The notes under the pieces are model-generated. The model was not told where the DNA came from, made no database searches, and saw only the letters and a program-made list of their open reading frames with translations. From Octopus sinensis (taxonomy: Eukaryota), in contig NC_043015.1 in NCBI RefSeq assembly GCF_006345805.1, positions 25,668,001 to 25,732,000 of the forward strand: a stretch of 64,000 bases of DNA, read 5' to 3'. Below are positions 1-13,900 of the stretch, piece by piece (position 1 is the stretch's first letter; the number at the start of each line of letters is the position of its first letter). The position numbers and the translations under genes are program-made.

Positions 1-226
1 TGCTGTTATTAGCTCATTGTATTGTATATAGGAATGATAAATAGCATAAATAGCAGTGGGAGTTTCTTCGTTGTTAAAGCAATCTGAATGTAGCCAGTAA
101 AAACACATTTAACACTAAAATGAACTTCACAAGTCGTGCAGTGTGATTAACTTTTAAATGACGTTTATAAGTTATCTATCCAACAGAATTTCACTTATCT
201 CATTCGGCAGCGCTACAAATAAATTA

Positions 227-242
227 ATATATATATATATAC

Positions 243-302
<60 letters not shown>

Positions 303-318
303 ATATATACATATATAC

Positions 319-391
<73 letters not shown>

Positions 392-549
392 GTATGTATA
401 TATATATATGTATGTATATATATATATGCATATATATGTATACACATATATACGCACAATATATTTCACGCACATATATACACACATATCTATATAAGCA
501 TGTATGTGTATATGTATGTATGCATCCATGTATGTATATCTTAATATAT

Positions 550-599
<50 letters not shown>

Positions 600-606
600 T
601 ATATAC

Positions 607-643
<37 letters not shown>

Positions 644-866
644 ATATATACTTTATATATATATATATATTATATATATATATACTTTATATATATATAT
701 ATATATATACATATATACACATTTTATATATATACGTTTGTATCTAGTGGAATATGATTGGACATGTATGGATGTGTGTGTGTCTATATATGTATATATA
801 TATATGGGTGTGTATATACATGTATATTTGTGTGTGTGTATATATATCTATATACATATATATGCT
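227..866. repeat. Compound (TA)n/(TACA)n microsatellite
   Basis: Continuous TA/TACA/TATG units; the overlapping IY/YI ORFs are translation artefacts. Confidence 0.95.
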
Positions 867-1378
867 GTAGATACATTCATCTCTTCAACAAGCCATTCAC
901 CCATCACACATATATACAACCATGCATACATATATCCATACATAAATGCATAGAACTACCAAACCTACAAACAAAGTAAAAAATTTGCTCATTTTGAATG
1001 TGCCACAAGGAATTAAGTTAAGCTTCCTTCACACAACCGGTTGCACAGTTAAATGTAGAAGGATCACTTGTGAAGTTTTGATTGATTTCACTCTCTGCTA
1101 AATCTCTGGCTGACGTGTGATGATTCATTTCATAATGCCATCACGGCTTCATATATACATACATACATAGTATATATCTACATGTGTGAATAAAATGTAC
1201 ACACACACATGTATATATGTGTGTTGTGTATATATATATGCTATTGAGTCTCACACACTCCTGTCTACTTCACACACACACACATTCTCCTAAAGCTCAT
1301 ACTATCCCCTTCTCTTTCTCATCCTCTCTCTTTCTTTGTCGTTCATTCTCTCTGCCATCTGCCTTGTGTTTATGTGTT

Positions 1379-1420
<42 letters not shown>

Positions 1421-2374
1421 TATTTCCTATTAACACTTAACACTTTCTAAAAGTAATACAATCAACATCAATAACAAAAACACGAAATCCAGCGCTTGGG
1501 TCCCAATTACGGACATCCCCACCACCACCACCACGATGAGTTGTCATGTTCCCCAGCTTCTCATCTATTTCGTTCATTATTCGCGCCTCTTTTATTTCCT
1601 TATTCTTTCATCTCCCGAGACGTCCTCCTCCTCCTCCTCTTGCAAGTATCTTTACTCTTAGAGTTCCGCAACAAACTTCTTCTCCACACTCTTCCTCATT
1701 TATTAATGAAACGAAAAAAAAAACTTTATTCCATTGTCATCCGTAGATTTATCTGCAATCATCTTCTTCTTCCTTATTCTAATCGATATCTTCTCTTTAT
1801 GCTTCCCTCATCGTCGCCTTTATTTCCTTAATTGCAAATTGAACACGCTACTTACTCCATCATCATCATCATCATCATTATCATCATCATCATCGCCCCT
1901 CTCCCCCGCCACACACTGCCAGTGCATCGCCAACGCCAGCAGTACATTCACCATCTCCACCGATGCCATCATAACTACCAACAACCACTACAGGATAGCA
2001 TTATTGACGACCTCCATACTTGTTGGTAGACCTGCCAGAAATAGCAGTTAAAATGTCATCAGATGACATGCTGCTTTCATAAAAACAGGACACATCAGAT
2101 AATGTCATTAATATACACAATAGTTAGGAAGAATTTTAAATATCATGATCACGGCTTCATGGCTACAACACGTTTGATCATTAATCTACTGGATCAAGGC
2201 TGATCTGGTGTTAAACAACAACTACAATAACGCTATCTCCGCAACATCTCCATCTCACCATCTCAGCATTGCTGCCCTCTCCAATTCTTCATCTTTTCTC
2301 ATCCTCTTTGCAACTTCCACATTCTTCCTCTTCTTATTGCATCCCTCCTGTATATCTTCTAAATATGTCGAATT

Positions 2375-2810
2375 AGCAGATCCGTTACAGTACTGGATCG
2401 AATGGCTTGCGGTATTCGTAATAACCTAGGATCGGAAGTAGTTAGGTTCAAATTTCGCCGAACTCATCTTTGTTTTTCATAGTTAAAAGGCAAAATCATG
2501 GCAGTTAGAAGATCCTTTTGCAACAACACAATTTCGCGGCATCTCGGGCAAGTGTCTCGTTCCATAGTCTCGGGACGATAGATGCCGAGTGAGTGAATCT
2601 GGTAGACGGAAAATGCGCGGAAGCCCGTCACATATCTATCTGTCTATCTATCTGTGTGTGTATGTGTGTGTGTGTGTGTGCATTTGTACTCCATAACTTG
2701 ACAATCGGTGTTTGTTTGTTTACGGCCCTGTAACCTGTTCCAATAGAGACAGATTTAATAAGTATCAGACCAGAAAATAAGTACTGGGATCGAAACCCTT
2801 TTAGGTTGTG
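2375..2810 (+). mobile_element. Diverged tRNA-derived SINE with internal (TG)n
   Basis: GTTCAAATT B-box-like head near 2445; CTTGACAATCGGTGTTTG...AATAAGTACTGGGATCG body resembles the cleaner copies at 4568 and 43744. Confidence 0.65.
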
Positions 2811-3362
2811 TCCAAGGTTTGTCATAGAGCAAAAACCGGAACAAGTTGTAAAGGAAACAGAAAACGAAACATCAACGACTTTTGAGGTCGATAGAAAAGG
2901 AAATGTACGAATGGAGGGTGTTTGGTGGATTAGAGAAAAGTTTAGAACAATTAAGATTGGATTGCTCATGATATCTGGGTCTACACGTTCTGAGTTTAAA
3001 TCCTCTCTTGTTACGGAGAAACGGCGAAACCTCTGTCAGGACTCGCAACCAACAGGTAACATCAACAGTTTGAGAAATAAGCAGAGTATAATAAGAAAAA
3101 CTTCAAGAATGCAACAGCGACAGTTTCCTTAGTTCGATCTTTGGATCAAATCTCACCAACATGATGACCAACAACCACCCACAAACCGCCACCACCACCA
3201 CCACTACTGTGTGGGGGACAACCTCACAGCTCTTTCGTTCCTTAAAAGGCACAGGTAAAACAGTTTTGCTTTGGCTGTTTTGTTATGACTTCTTCCAGAA
3301 GTGAGATTCCGTGTGATGTGGCATATTCTTCCTATATGCTTCCTGATTCGAAAAAAATGTCC

Positions 3363-4110
3363 ATGTCCAGGATGCGAAATTTTTTCCCACGAGAGTTTCG
3401 GGCCCCAGTAATGTACTCATTTGCATAAAGCCAATCAGAGCTCACCTTGTCAAGTTAACAAATGTTGGCATTCAAAATGGCGACCTCCGATTATCAGCAT
3501 ACAATTTACAGATGTGTATATCTTTAATATTTTCCGTGAATTTTTTACGACCCCAGTTAGTTATAATAAGTAGATCTATAATTTACTACTAATAATATAA
3601 TAGTGCTCAGCGAAATTTTTTAGTATTCACATATTTTCTTGACTTTTTTAATTTATATTTTCTGTTTGGTTGCCAGCGTCAATTTTCTGTTCGAATTGAT
3701 TTCATGGTTAGTGTAATGATACACTTTTATAGGCTAATTAATGAAGTGAAAGTAAGTTTCTCTATAAATCAATAAATAGTTATTAGTAATTAAAGTTTGA
3801 AAATTTGGTAATTTTAGTCAATCGTAAGCCACAGACACATTCAAGTTTTCCTCTTTTAAATTAGCATAAACATTTACATGAAAGAAAATTACAGGAGACA
3901 TAACACGTATTGTTTACAAATATAGACAACACGTTCTAGACAGAGAAGTTGCTGTCTGCCAGTAGAGAGGGAAAGAGTAAGGAATGCACAGTGCTGACTA
4001 GAAAGGAAGAAAGGATAAAGTTATCTCAGCTCCGATTGGCTGTATGCAACTGAGTTCATTACTAAGGTCCGGAACTCTTGCGGGAAAAAAAAATTCGCGT
4101 CCAGGACCAT
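3363..4110. mobile_element. Non-autonomous DNA element (MITE-like) with about 80-bp inverted termini
   Basis: 3363-3442 (ATGTCCAGGATGCGAAATTTTTTCCC...GCCAATCAGAGCT) is the imperfect reverse complement of 4028-4110; AT-rich non-coding interior. Confidence 0.75.
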
Positions 4111-4113
4111 AGG

Positions 4114-4164
4114 ACAAGAGTAACACTAACGATTAAACAAGAGTAACACTAACGATTAAACAAG
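4114..4164. repeat. 23-bp tandem duplication
   Basis: ACAAGAGTAACACTAACGATTAA twice, followed by ACAAG. Confidence 0.9.
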
Positions 4165-4567
4165 TTACCCACAATGCTATTTTCATCAATCTCTTACTAA
4201 AATTCGCAATGTATGTGGGTTTTTTTCTATTTTTGTGAATTTTCTTGATCTTGTTCGTGTATAATGTGTGCGAAGGTCTTGTTTTGCATTTTTGTTTCGA
4301 GAGCGTGAAACAAAATTTTGCAACTATTTTTTAAAAGTAGAGAACGTGAGAAGGAAATCTAATTTATTTCAAAAAACGAAAAACCTATTTTTTATTTCTT
4401 TGTTTAAAGTATAAATATGAAATGTCAGTTTTTCGAATGTATCTACATGTCAGTAGATTTAATGGTACACTTTTCTATTTGGTAAAAACCTTTTTCTTCG
4501 AGGAACCATTTCAAAACAGGTCCGAGCAGGTCAACAATAAACTAAAGTGACAACAAATTATCATAAT

Positions 4568-4684
4568 GCAGGAGTAGCTGTGTGGTAAGTAACTTGCTTA
4601 CTAACCACATGGTTCCGGGTTCAGTCCCACTGCCTGGAAAGTGTCTCCTACTATAGCCTCGGGCCCGTCATATATATATATATG

Positions 4685-4717
<33 letters not shown>

Positions 4718-4916
4718 GCATCTATGTCTATGTTTTTCTTCTCCAACATCACTTGACAACCGATGCTGGTGTGTTTAGGTCCCCGTAACTTAGCGGTTCG
4801 GCAAAAGAGACTGATAGAATAAGTCCTGGGGTCGATTTGATTCGACTAAAGGCGGTGCTCCAGCATGGCCGCAGTCAAATGACTGAAACAAGTAAAAGAA
4901 TAAAAGAATAAAAGAA
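4568..4916 (+). mobile_element. tRNA-derived SINE (octopus-type)
   Basis: A/B-box head GTAGCTGTGTGGTAAG...GGTTCAGTCCCAC, internal (TG)n, core GGTGCTCCAGCATGGCCGCAGTCAAATGACTGAAACAAG and (TAAAAGA)n tail. Confidence 0.88.
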
Positions 4917-5269
4917 TCTGTATCAATAAAACAGTTCGTTCCAATCTACGCAAGACTAGTATAAAGAAATTCCCGTAGGAAAAATGCAGAGGAGGAGAGA
5001 AAGTGAGACATATAGAGAGAAAGAGAGAGAGAGACAAAGAGATAAGGAGGGAGAGAAAGAGAGGATTCTTAGAATCAAGAAGGCGCGCTGTGTTTTTAAG
5101 AGTATATCTAACTTGTGTCTTGGTAAATAAACTAACAGGATTAGTGTATGGTGTCTTTATGCAATTATATGAGTGTGTGTGTGTGTGCGTGTGTGCGCGC
5201 ACGTGTGTGTTGTATGTATGTATGTGTTTGTGTGTGTATGAGAGTGAACGCTGGTTTGATGACGTTGAG

Positions 5270-5356
<87 letters not shown>

Positions 5357-5363
5357 TATATAC

Positions 5364-5395
<32 letters not shown>

Positions 5396-5669
5396 TATAC
5401 ATATATATGAGAGGGTGAGAAGAAGGTAGAAGAAAAGAGTTAAGTAATCATAAGAGAAAGGGTGGGAGTGATGTGGAGCTTTAAGCACGAAAGGGAAGAA
5501 TATTAAAACCTAGCAAGCTTGTGACTGCACTGCATCTTTCGTTATCACTTTTTCTCACTCTGTCTGCGTTTGTTTCAAACATTTTATAACTTGGTATTCC
5601 ATTAAAAGAAGATCTTCTATATTCATGTGTATAGATGTCAATATACGCATGTAATTTCGAGGGAGGGTC

Positions 5670-5840
5670 TAAGTCAATTACATCGCTCCCTCTGCTCGAT
5701 TAGAATTTATTTTATCGACCTCGAAAGGATGAAATGTAAATTCGACCCCGGCGGAATTTGAAGTCAGAACTTGAAGACGGACGAAATGCCGCTAAACATT
5801 TTGTCACGCGTGCTGATGGAGCTACCAGCTCGCCTCCCTA
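5670..5840 (-). mobile_element. SINE of the second family (GGCGAGCTGG...AGTTCAAATTCCGCC type)
   Basis: Reverse complement matches the copies at 17195, 18335, 18535 and 40030 (CTTTCATCCTTTCGRGGTCGAT core). Confidence 0.8.
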
Positions 5841-5929
5841 AAGATCTAAAGAGGAGGAGCGAGAGGAAATTGACTTAATTGAGCCGCCAGCTGGCCAAAT
5901 ATCCAGTCCGTGCAGGCATTGAATATTGA

Positions 5930-6490
5930 ACAGTCTTAAAAAGACTTGGATGAGCTAGTGCAGTTTTGGACTCGTTGGGCAAGGCTGTTTTGCACCACCG
6001 ACATCTGTAGAGGGGAACAAATGTGTGAGTATTTAGGGCTTTGATCCTCTCTATCTTGTTCTATGGTTGTGAGACTTGGGGACACTGTTCAGGGTACTTG
6101 GGAACCGCTTGAACTCCTAGGGTACCGAGACGCTTTGCAAGATTATAGGTTACTATTGGCTGAATTATTTTCCAAAGAACGACTCTCGTTACTTGTATGA
6201 TTCGGCAGCGCCAACTCAGACTGTTTGGCCATGTTGCTCAATTTTCCGAGTTAGACCTTGCTTATCATGTTCTTTTCACTGAAGATCTGACTGGGTTGAC
6301 AACTCATGTTGGTTGGCCACATGCCACATGACCACGGCAGATGAAGAATCATCTCACGGAGATAGGAACTGAGTGGAACCCTGCTCGATAAGTCGCCCGG
6401 GAGGACTCGGGAATATACAGTCAATTGGAAAATACAGCAATGCTCTGCAATGACACACTCCACCCACCCACCTGACCTAACCTGATCTGA
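5930..6490 (+). mobile_element. RTE-clade LINE 3' fragment (degenerate)
   Basis: Manual translation VFRALILSILFYGCETW and IRQRQLRLFGHVAQ; ends in a CCTGA/CCTAA-type tail. Confidence 0.8.
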
Positions 6491-6999
6491 AAATTTACCA
6501 AAATATTTATATAGAAGCAGCAAAACGTTTTACATAATGTCCTTCATTCCATATTTATAATTGTTCAGTTCTTGACGTAAAGTGAAAACTAATAAGCCTG
6601 AAGGTAAAAGAGATGACAAAAGTGTCCGAAGAAATATAGCTTCCAGAGATGTTGTTTTCCAAGAATTCACATCCAACACTATCTTTTATATTCTTCTTTC
6701 AATTATTGGATTACTTTATGGGGTGGGGTGGGGGTCAATTGAACAAATCGGCCTCAGTACATAATTGCTAAGCCAGGTTATTTATTCTATCGGTTTATTT
6801 TATTGAATCGCAAATTTATGTGAATGTATACAAACCAACACATGCTGTCAAGTGGTAGAGATGTGGTGGGGAGGCAAACACAAACATGAAGACGCACCCA
6901 CACATCACATATATATATACACGGCGGGCTTCTACACAATCACCGTCTATCAAATTCTCTTACATTAAATTGACCTCAATTCTGAGACGAAGGTGGAAG

Positions 7000-7475
7000 C
7001 GGAAGGAAGAGGAGAAGGGGAGAAAAAAAGGGAGCGGAGGAGCGAGAGGAAGAGAAGAAAGGAGGAAGAGGAGTTGATGAAGATGAAGATGAATGAGGTT
7101 CAAGAGACGAAAAAATAGAAAAAGAAAGAATAGGTAGATGAGAAAGACGGGGTGATGAGGAGAGGATGGAGGAAGAGGAGAAGAACAACAACAACAAACA
7201 ACAACAAAACAACGATGACGACGAAGGCAACAACGACAAACAGAAATAAATGTATTAAGATTCCGAAGACGGCTTTAGAAGAGAAAAGAAACAAAATCCA
7301 AAAACTGAAAGAAAAAATGTCAAACACGTACATACAAAAGCGAAGATTTGCTTGGTGGGATGAGACAGATAAAGAAGAAAAAGAAATAAGAGACAAGAAC
7401 GAGAAAAAGAAGGAAAAGGAAAAAAAAAACAACTCAGAAACAGAAAAAAAAAACACACAAAAAAAAAAACGGAAA
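7000..7475. repeat. Purine-rich low-complexity tract (GAA/GGA/ACA)
   Basis: Simple repeats; explains the K/E/R-rich and F/S-rich ORFs. Confidence 0.85.
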
Positions 7476-7735
7476 TCAAAACGCATAATTGATTGGAAAT
7501 TATTGTAAAGCCGAGATTTAAAAAGTGACAGAGATAAAATCCAGATAAAAATTTTAGAGCAGATGATATGAAGGAACTTTTAACAATTTAGTTTCAAGAT
7601 ATTCCAACAGTTCACAGGTCTTTGAGTCGGTCGGTAAAATATTTTCTTTCTTTCCGTATTTCTTTGTGTAAGACTGAGTGAATGTGTGTGTATGTGTGTG
7701 TGTATATGTATATGTGTGGGTGTGTGTGTGTGTGT

Positions 7736-7780
<45 letters not shown>

Positions 7781-8849
7781 CGTGCTTTCAGATTTCCGTA
7801 TTACACATGTAGAACGTATCACATGAAAGACTCACTTATATCACTGCGGTATTAATATATCAATTAAAACTGATTTTATGACATGATGGTGGAAGGTGGA
7901 TTTTCAGACTTTTTGCTTTTCTATTCTATCTATAGTTTTATTTTTGCTGCTTTTTTTTCTTCTTTTCCAATTTGGTTCTAGCGTAAATTTATCAGTTAAT
8001 TCTTCTGCAGAATATGGTAATATGAAAAATGTAATAAATAAAGGAATTACACACGCACACACACACATACTACAAGAGACACACACACACATGCAAACAC
8101 AAACATGGACTCACACATGCATATGTCGTATGAATAAATAAAAACATAAACAAACGCGCAGAAGTGGATTACTCTATGTTTAAAGTTTTGAATGGATTTC
8201 ATGTTTGCATGGCAATCTGTTTGTGTGTGTGTTTGTAGTTTGGAATTATATTATCTGTCTAGGTTTTAAGTGTTATTAAGTTGTGAGGTACACACAAGCA
8301 GGCGCGCGCACACACGTAGATACGCGTCCGCATGCATACACACACTCGTATACACGTTCGCAAGCACACACGTTACTATTCAGATGTTTTCACTAATCGA
8401 TGAAGCCATATCATGTTGCGGCTTCATCTATTCATACATGCCTATATTATACACATACAGACACAGGAAGACACACACACACACACGTTTGTGTGTGTGT
8501 TCTCTTCTGTTTTTAATCATATGAATTCTTCCTGTGAGGAAAGAGCTGGCTTCTAACACAGATACAAAGCTCCATCGATGGAATGTATGTAACAAAAACA
8601 ATATCACATTTTAAACTTGAGAAACAACTCGTATATTTCTACTGTTCCCTTTACAGATCGTATTTGTAAAGTGAGTTTGTTGGTTGATGTCTTTTTCTAA
8701 AATCCAAGCTCATCTTGAACTGTCAGTTAGACATTTATTCACAAACCAAAGTGCACCAATTATTATTGGTATAAATGTGGATTTGTAATCTGGATAAAGA
8801 AGTTAGAGGTTTCGAAGCAGTTGTCCATCTCTATCCTTTCTCTCTTTGA

Positions 8850-9070
8850 TTTTCTAAGAGATGAAACAGGATTGGCAAATGTTTGACTGAAATGTTCCAC
8901 CAATATTCCTTGCGTTGATGTTTGTGTACCTCTTCAAGGACAGACTGTTTTCCGTATGGCATTGTATATTGCTTTTTGCGACATCATGATGTTGCATAGG
9001 AAGATAGTACCTTGATATTTTGGGGCAGCTGCTAATCACATGTGTGAGATCTTCCAAGAAATATGACATA
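8850..9070 (-). mobile_element. Restriction-like-endonuclease (R2/NeSL/R4 group) LINE fragment
   Basis: Track ORF EDLTHVISSCPKISRYYLPMQHHDVAK matches the H-x3-C...RHDxVAK zinc-knuckle/RLE junction. Confidence 0.65.
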
Positions 9071-9370
9071 ATCTACATGTACGTACGTATATATCTATGT
9101 ATGTTAGTGCCATATTTCGTCAAGTTCTTTTCGACAGGAGAGGATATGTGTTAAAGAAGACCGGGGTTCTTGCACGCGCGAGCAACAGAGGAAATAAGTG
9201 AGTCGAGTGCGTTTATTGTGACCGCTCATGCGGCATCCACAAGAGTGAGTCCGCGCCTGCGTGTGTGGGAGTGCATATGTTTGTTTGCTTTCAGTACTGT
9301 ACGTTTCTTCTCGTATTGATGTATCCATTTTTGATTTTTAAATATTATTCCAACTGATTTTCAATAGTAT

Positions 9371-10617
9371 TAAGAGGCAGTCCAAAAAATTACATTTCGT
9401 ATACAAATACGAGATGGAATCAAAAGATTCCCGGAATAGTTCTGTAGCGCGTTAACAGATGACAGCACACGGTTGCGTGCGCAAGGAAATCTAGGAGTAT
9501 CCTCTATGAGACTGTGTGCTGAGTGACATCGCCGTGTTTATTTTGCATGTTGTGAAATTTGTGCTTTTGTGATCATGTGTATGCTTGTAGTCTGTGATTT
9601 TGTCATTGACAGGAAACTGGAACAAAGAGCCAACGTGATATTTTGCGTTAGACTTGGGAATTCTGCTAGAGGGACGTTGAGGAAGCTTCGGCAAGCATAC
9701 AGGGATGAGGTAACGGGTCGTAGGCAATATCTCGAGTGGTAGGAGCGCTTCAAAGGCGGAAGAATGTCCCTAGAAGACGATGAGCGATCTGAAAGACCCG
9801 CGACGAGCGTCAGCCTCGGAAATGTGGAAAATTCATTAGCTTGTGCATGTGGAACGTCGGAAGACAATCAACGACATTGATGTTGATCTGCCTAATTGGG
9901 GTCCGTGCAGGCAATCCTTACGTCTGAAACAAGCTTCGTGTGTCTGCCAAGTTCGTCTCCTGTCTGCTGACCACTGAGACGAACGAACACGGCGTCGAAG
10001 TCGGTGAAGATCTCCATCAGAATGTCGCTGAAGACCCATCCTTCATGTCGAGGCTCGTCACCAGTGAGTAAGTTTGGGTTTATGGGTACGACCCTGAGAC
10101 GAAGTCGTCACAATGGAAGAACCGTTCATCTTCATGACCGAAGAAGACATAACAGAGTCACAGCTCATTCAAGAACATGCTCATCGTTTTTTCCGACATA
10201 TGCTGTGTAGTGCCGCCTCAAGAATTCTTTCCTCAGGGTCAGACCATCAATCGAGTTCTTCTGCGACGTTTTGAAGTGTCTGAGGAAGGACATTCGGCGA
10301 CGACAATATACCGAGATCTCCTCACACCTGAGTTTCTTGCCAAAAACAACATGGCATCGCTTCCTCACCCAACCCATACGAACTTCCACCTCTTCCCCAA
10401 GAGGAAAAGGCAAATATCAAGAGCGAAACGCAGAAAGTCCTCGTTTCGCTCACGGAAAACAACTTCCAGGTCGGCTTCCAAAAGCGGTAGAAAAGCTGAG
10501 ACCGGTTTTATACTGAGCAACGTGATTACTTCGAAAGATAGGATGTTAAAACTTATTAACCTAAGTTATTTTTTATTAAACATACAAAGTTCGTGAACTT
10601 TTTGATACCACCTCTTA
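9371..10617 (+). mobile_element. Full-length but decayed mariner transposon
   Basis: Translation KLEQRANVIFCVRLG...W*ERFKGGRMSLEDDERSERP, WVYGYDPETK, MLIVFSDI, DFHLFPK; degenerate TIRs TAAGAGGCAGTCCAAAAA / TTTTTGATACCACCTCTTA with TA at both ends; about 1.25 kb. Confidence 0.85.
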
Positions 10618-10631
10618 CGCCTATGTAAATA

Positions 10632-10831
10632 CAATAATCCCTTGACTATCGCGGGCGTTACGTTCCAAACCCCGCGATAGGGGAAAACCTGCAAAGTAGA
10701 AACAGTGCTGTACTGTAAATATTTTTCTATTTTTATAATTTGTATATATTTATTTTATAAATGCAAAGCAGCAACACGGAGGAATTGATGTAAGCTTAAA
10801 TAATAAACCGCGATATGGCGAGGGATTACTG
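10632..10831. mobile_element. pogo/Tigger-like MITE (200 bp)
   Basis: Left end CAATAATCCCTTGACTATCGCGG matches the reverse complement of the right end (CAGTAATCCCTCGCCATATCGCGG); TA on the left flank. Confidence 0.7.
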
Positions 10832-11730
10832 CGTAGACATAGACAGACGTATCCATATACGATACGTTGTAACTTTCAGGGTTGCCTCTGAATTCTAGAG
10901 AGAATTTGTAGAGATAAACTTTAAAACGAGAACATCGCACTGCTAACACAAATTTAATGCACAATATTGATTTGTAAACCTTTAAAACACTCGGTGGCAT
11001 ATGGTTGCATAACTGAATAGTGGGTCCTTGCTAGCAATCATTTTGAGTGTAATTGTGTGTGTGTGTGTGTGAAAATGTGAGTGCGTATGTTGTGTAAATG
11101 TATCAGTACATGGATTAAACTGGATACTTTGTTCTTCATTCTCTTTCTCTCTCCAACTCCCTTTCTTTTTCCTTATCTCTCTCTCTCTCTCTCTCTCTGT
11201 TGGCACACCGAGTTAACAATATTACTTAGATTAGTGAAGAACTCCGTGTAATCTTTTGGTAGGATTCCAAGTTATGGTTCATCACAATTGTATTTTGTAA
11301 ATCCGTGGATGGGATTCAGATTAATTGGTTTCTATTCAGAATGATATATAAGAGACAAGTTAAAATAATGGTCATTACATGTAATTCCGTTATTGTAACA
11401 AATTTGGTTTACAGCTGTTTCCAGTAGTAATTAGAGATAGGTTTACTCAATCGGTCTGTTTATCAATCGAAGTAAATTGAAAAACCAAAGAAAATCAATG
11501 ATACCTTCGTCAGAGCCATTGCTGGAAATGATAAACAGAGCACTTGAAGAATGGCTATTGTGTACAATAGGCATCATTTATTCTCTTAGGCCTTAGATAT
11601 TTACCTCAACTGATCAATAGACCAATTGTGTAAGCCTATCTATAATGACTATCGGAAACAACTGTAAGACAGATTTGCTAGAATAAAACAATTATATACA
11701 ATGACCATTATTTTAACTTGTCTTTATATA

Positions 11731-11762
<32 letters not shown>

Positions 11763-12168
11763 CGTCAGTGGATCTTATAGCCTTTGTTTACATATTAATT
11801 GACCGTAAAGGTTTTCTATCTCGAATTTCAAGAGGGATATGCGTCCGCTATTGAGGCTGAGGAGCCGTCTGTTAGGACTAGCGCGTTATGGACACAAAAT
11901 CATTGGCCACTCTATGACCGGACATATTTTTAACTGCTTAAACACATGCATAATACTCGAAATGAAGAGTTGATAGACAGCCGACAACTGATGAAGGGTC
12001 GTTCTTTGTGTTATTTGTCCTGTTTTCCATTTGTTTCTCTCGTTGTTTGCGTATTGAACTGATTTGTTTTCGTATTTCATGTTTACTGTTGGGGACGTCT
12101 TGTACCCATATATGCATATATATATTATTTATATTATTTAAACGAACGCCAATCATCCATTTCCAAGA

Positions 12169-12200
<32 letters not shown>

Positions 12201-13248
12201 GGAAGTGTTAGGATGGAATGGATGCGTCTTCGTATTTCTTCCCAATAAAAATGTGCTTTAGAATAATTATCAAATCCAAAATACTGGGTATAAATTTTCT
12301 CAGAAGATTTATGAGTTTACCTTTTTGTATTTAACAATAGTCTTTTGTTAATGAAATATTCCTTTGATCTGGTGTAACAACATATCTTGTAAACTGTCAA
12401 TCATTTTTTGTTTGTTTGCGCACATACATATATACATATTTGTGTGTATGAAAAAGTTAACTTGCAAATAAATATATATATAATAGCCCATGATATAGTT
12501 TCCTTAGATGGAATTAAAAAAGTGCAGTAGCTCAGACTGGAACTGAACCACATATATATTATAGGACATACAGTCGCAATTAAGCACTATTCTGAAGATT
12601 TTCATAAGTTATACATTTATAGCTTCATTTGTATTTGGGCTTCGTAACATGATTTGCTTGTTATTTTCCCCCAAAAGTTACTAATACTCAGCGAAAACCA
12701 AACTTATTCTTTTTCCACTCGTACAAATAAAAATTAAAGCTTATAACTTGATCCAGTCGAAGAATGGAGGCCACGACATTATTATCAAACGAACACTAAC
12801 TATTAGGCCACTCAATTTTCAAGAAGAACAGAAATAAATACGCAGTATAAGCACTTCTGGTGGAGTTGTCTGAATTTTCGAATTCTGCAGTTTTTGAAAT
12901 ATATGTTATTTTAGACGATTATTACCACAATTTAAACGAAAAAAGATTTTATAACTTATAAAGACAAAAATTTATAGAACTGTTTATATCAAGAGTAACC
13001 AAAAGAAAATAGTTCCACAGAAAACAACAAAATACAAAACAAAAATTAAAAAAATTAAACCAAACTTAAAGAATTTTTAAAAGCCAGAATATTATTTTCT
13101 GAATCTTGTTTTCTTTCATACTTTTTTTCCTTATTTGTTTATTATTGCTGTTACCCTAAAGGTAGATGTTGAGCATTTTATTGACCTTTCGATAAACGAT
13201 CCCCAGCTGACATTAGAAGACATTTAGAAAACGTAAAAGAGCAGGAAG

Positions 13249-13250
<2 letters not shown>

Positions 13251-13300
<50 letters not shown>

Positions 13301-13313
13301 GTTGTTGTTGTTG

Positions 13314-13387
<74 letters not shown>

Positions 13388-13400
13388 GATATTATTATTT
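13251..13400. repeat. (ATT)n/(GTT)n microsatellite
   Basis: Direct sequence. Confidence 0.95.
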
Positions 13401-13799
13401 GTTTAGATAACTGGATGTAAGTAGAGATTAAAATATGAAAAAAAAGGGGATGGGGTTAGGTGAAAATCCCTCAGTATTTTTAACGCTTGTCAAACATTAT
13501 AAGAAATATGTTGCATGCAAATAATGAATATTCAAGAAAATGAAGTATATTGTATTGGAAATAGCTATAACTCTAACCGTAATGACTACAACAACGATAA
13601 TAAAAATAATAAAACAAATAGCCCACATCCTACGCAAGACACTATCAATTCAATAATACAACTCAAACAAAACAAGCTGGCGCAATACAATAGCGGTAAG
13701 AGTTTCCACTCCCATAGCAACACACAATGCCGCACACACTCCAGCAACACGGTGGTGTAGCAGGTGATGCTGTAGAAATTTGCCTGAAACTACCAAATG

Positions 13800-13833
13800 G
13801 TGAATAATAATAACGATAATGATAATAATAATA

Positions 13834-13898
<65 letters not shown>

Positions 13899-13900
13899 TA
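13800..13900. repeat. (AAT)n microsatellite
   Basis: Direct sequence. Confidence 0.95.

Noticed and set aside
2806-3132. 108-aa plus-strand ORF
   Set aside because: No motif recognised, it starts at the edge of a SINE, and no splice context is evident.
7152-7508. K/E/R-rich 118-aa ORF
   Set aside because: It lies wholly within GAA/ACA low-complexity sequence and has no domain signal.
11980-12010. CTGATGA hammerhead core at 11988-11994
   Set aside because: No downstream GAAA with pairable stems II/III was found; at most a fragment of a PLE end.
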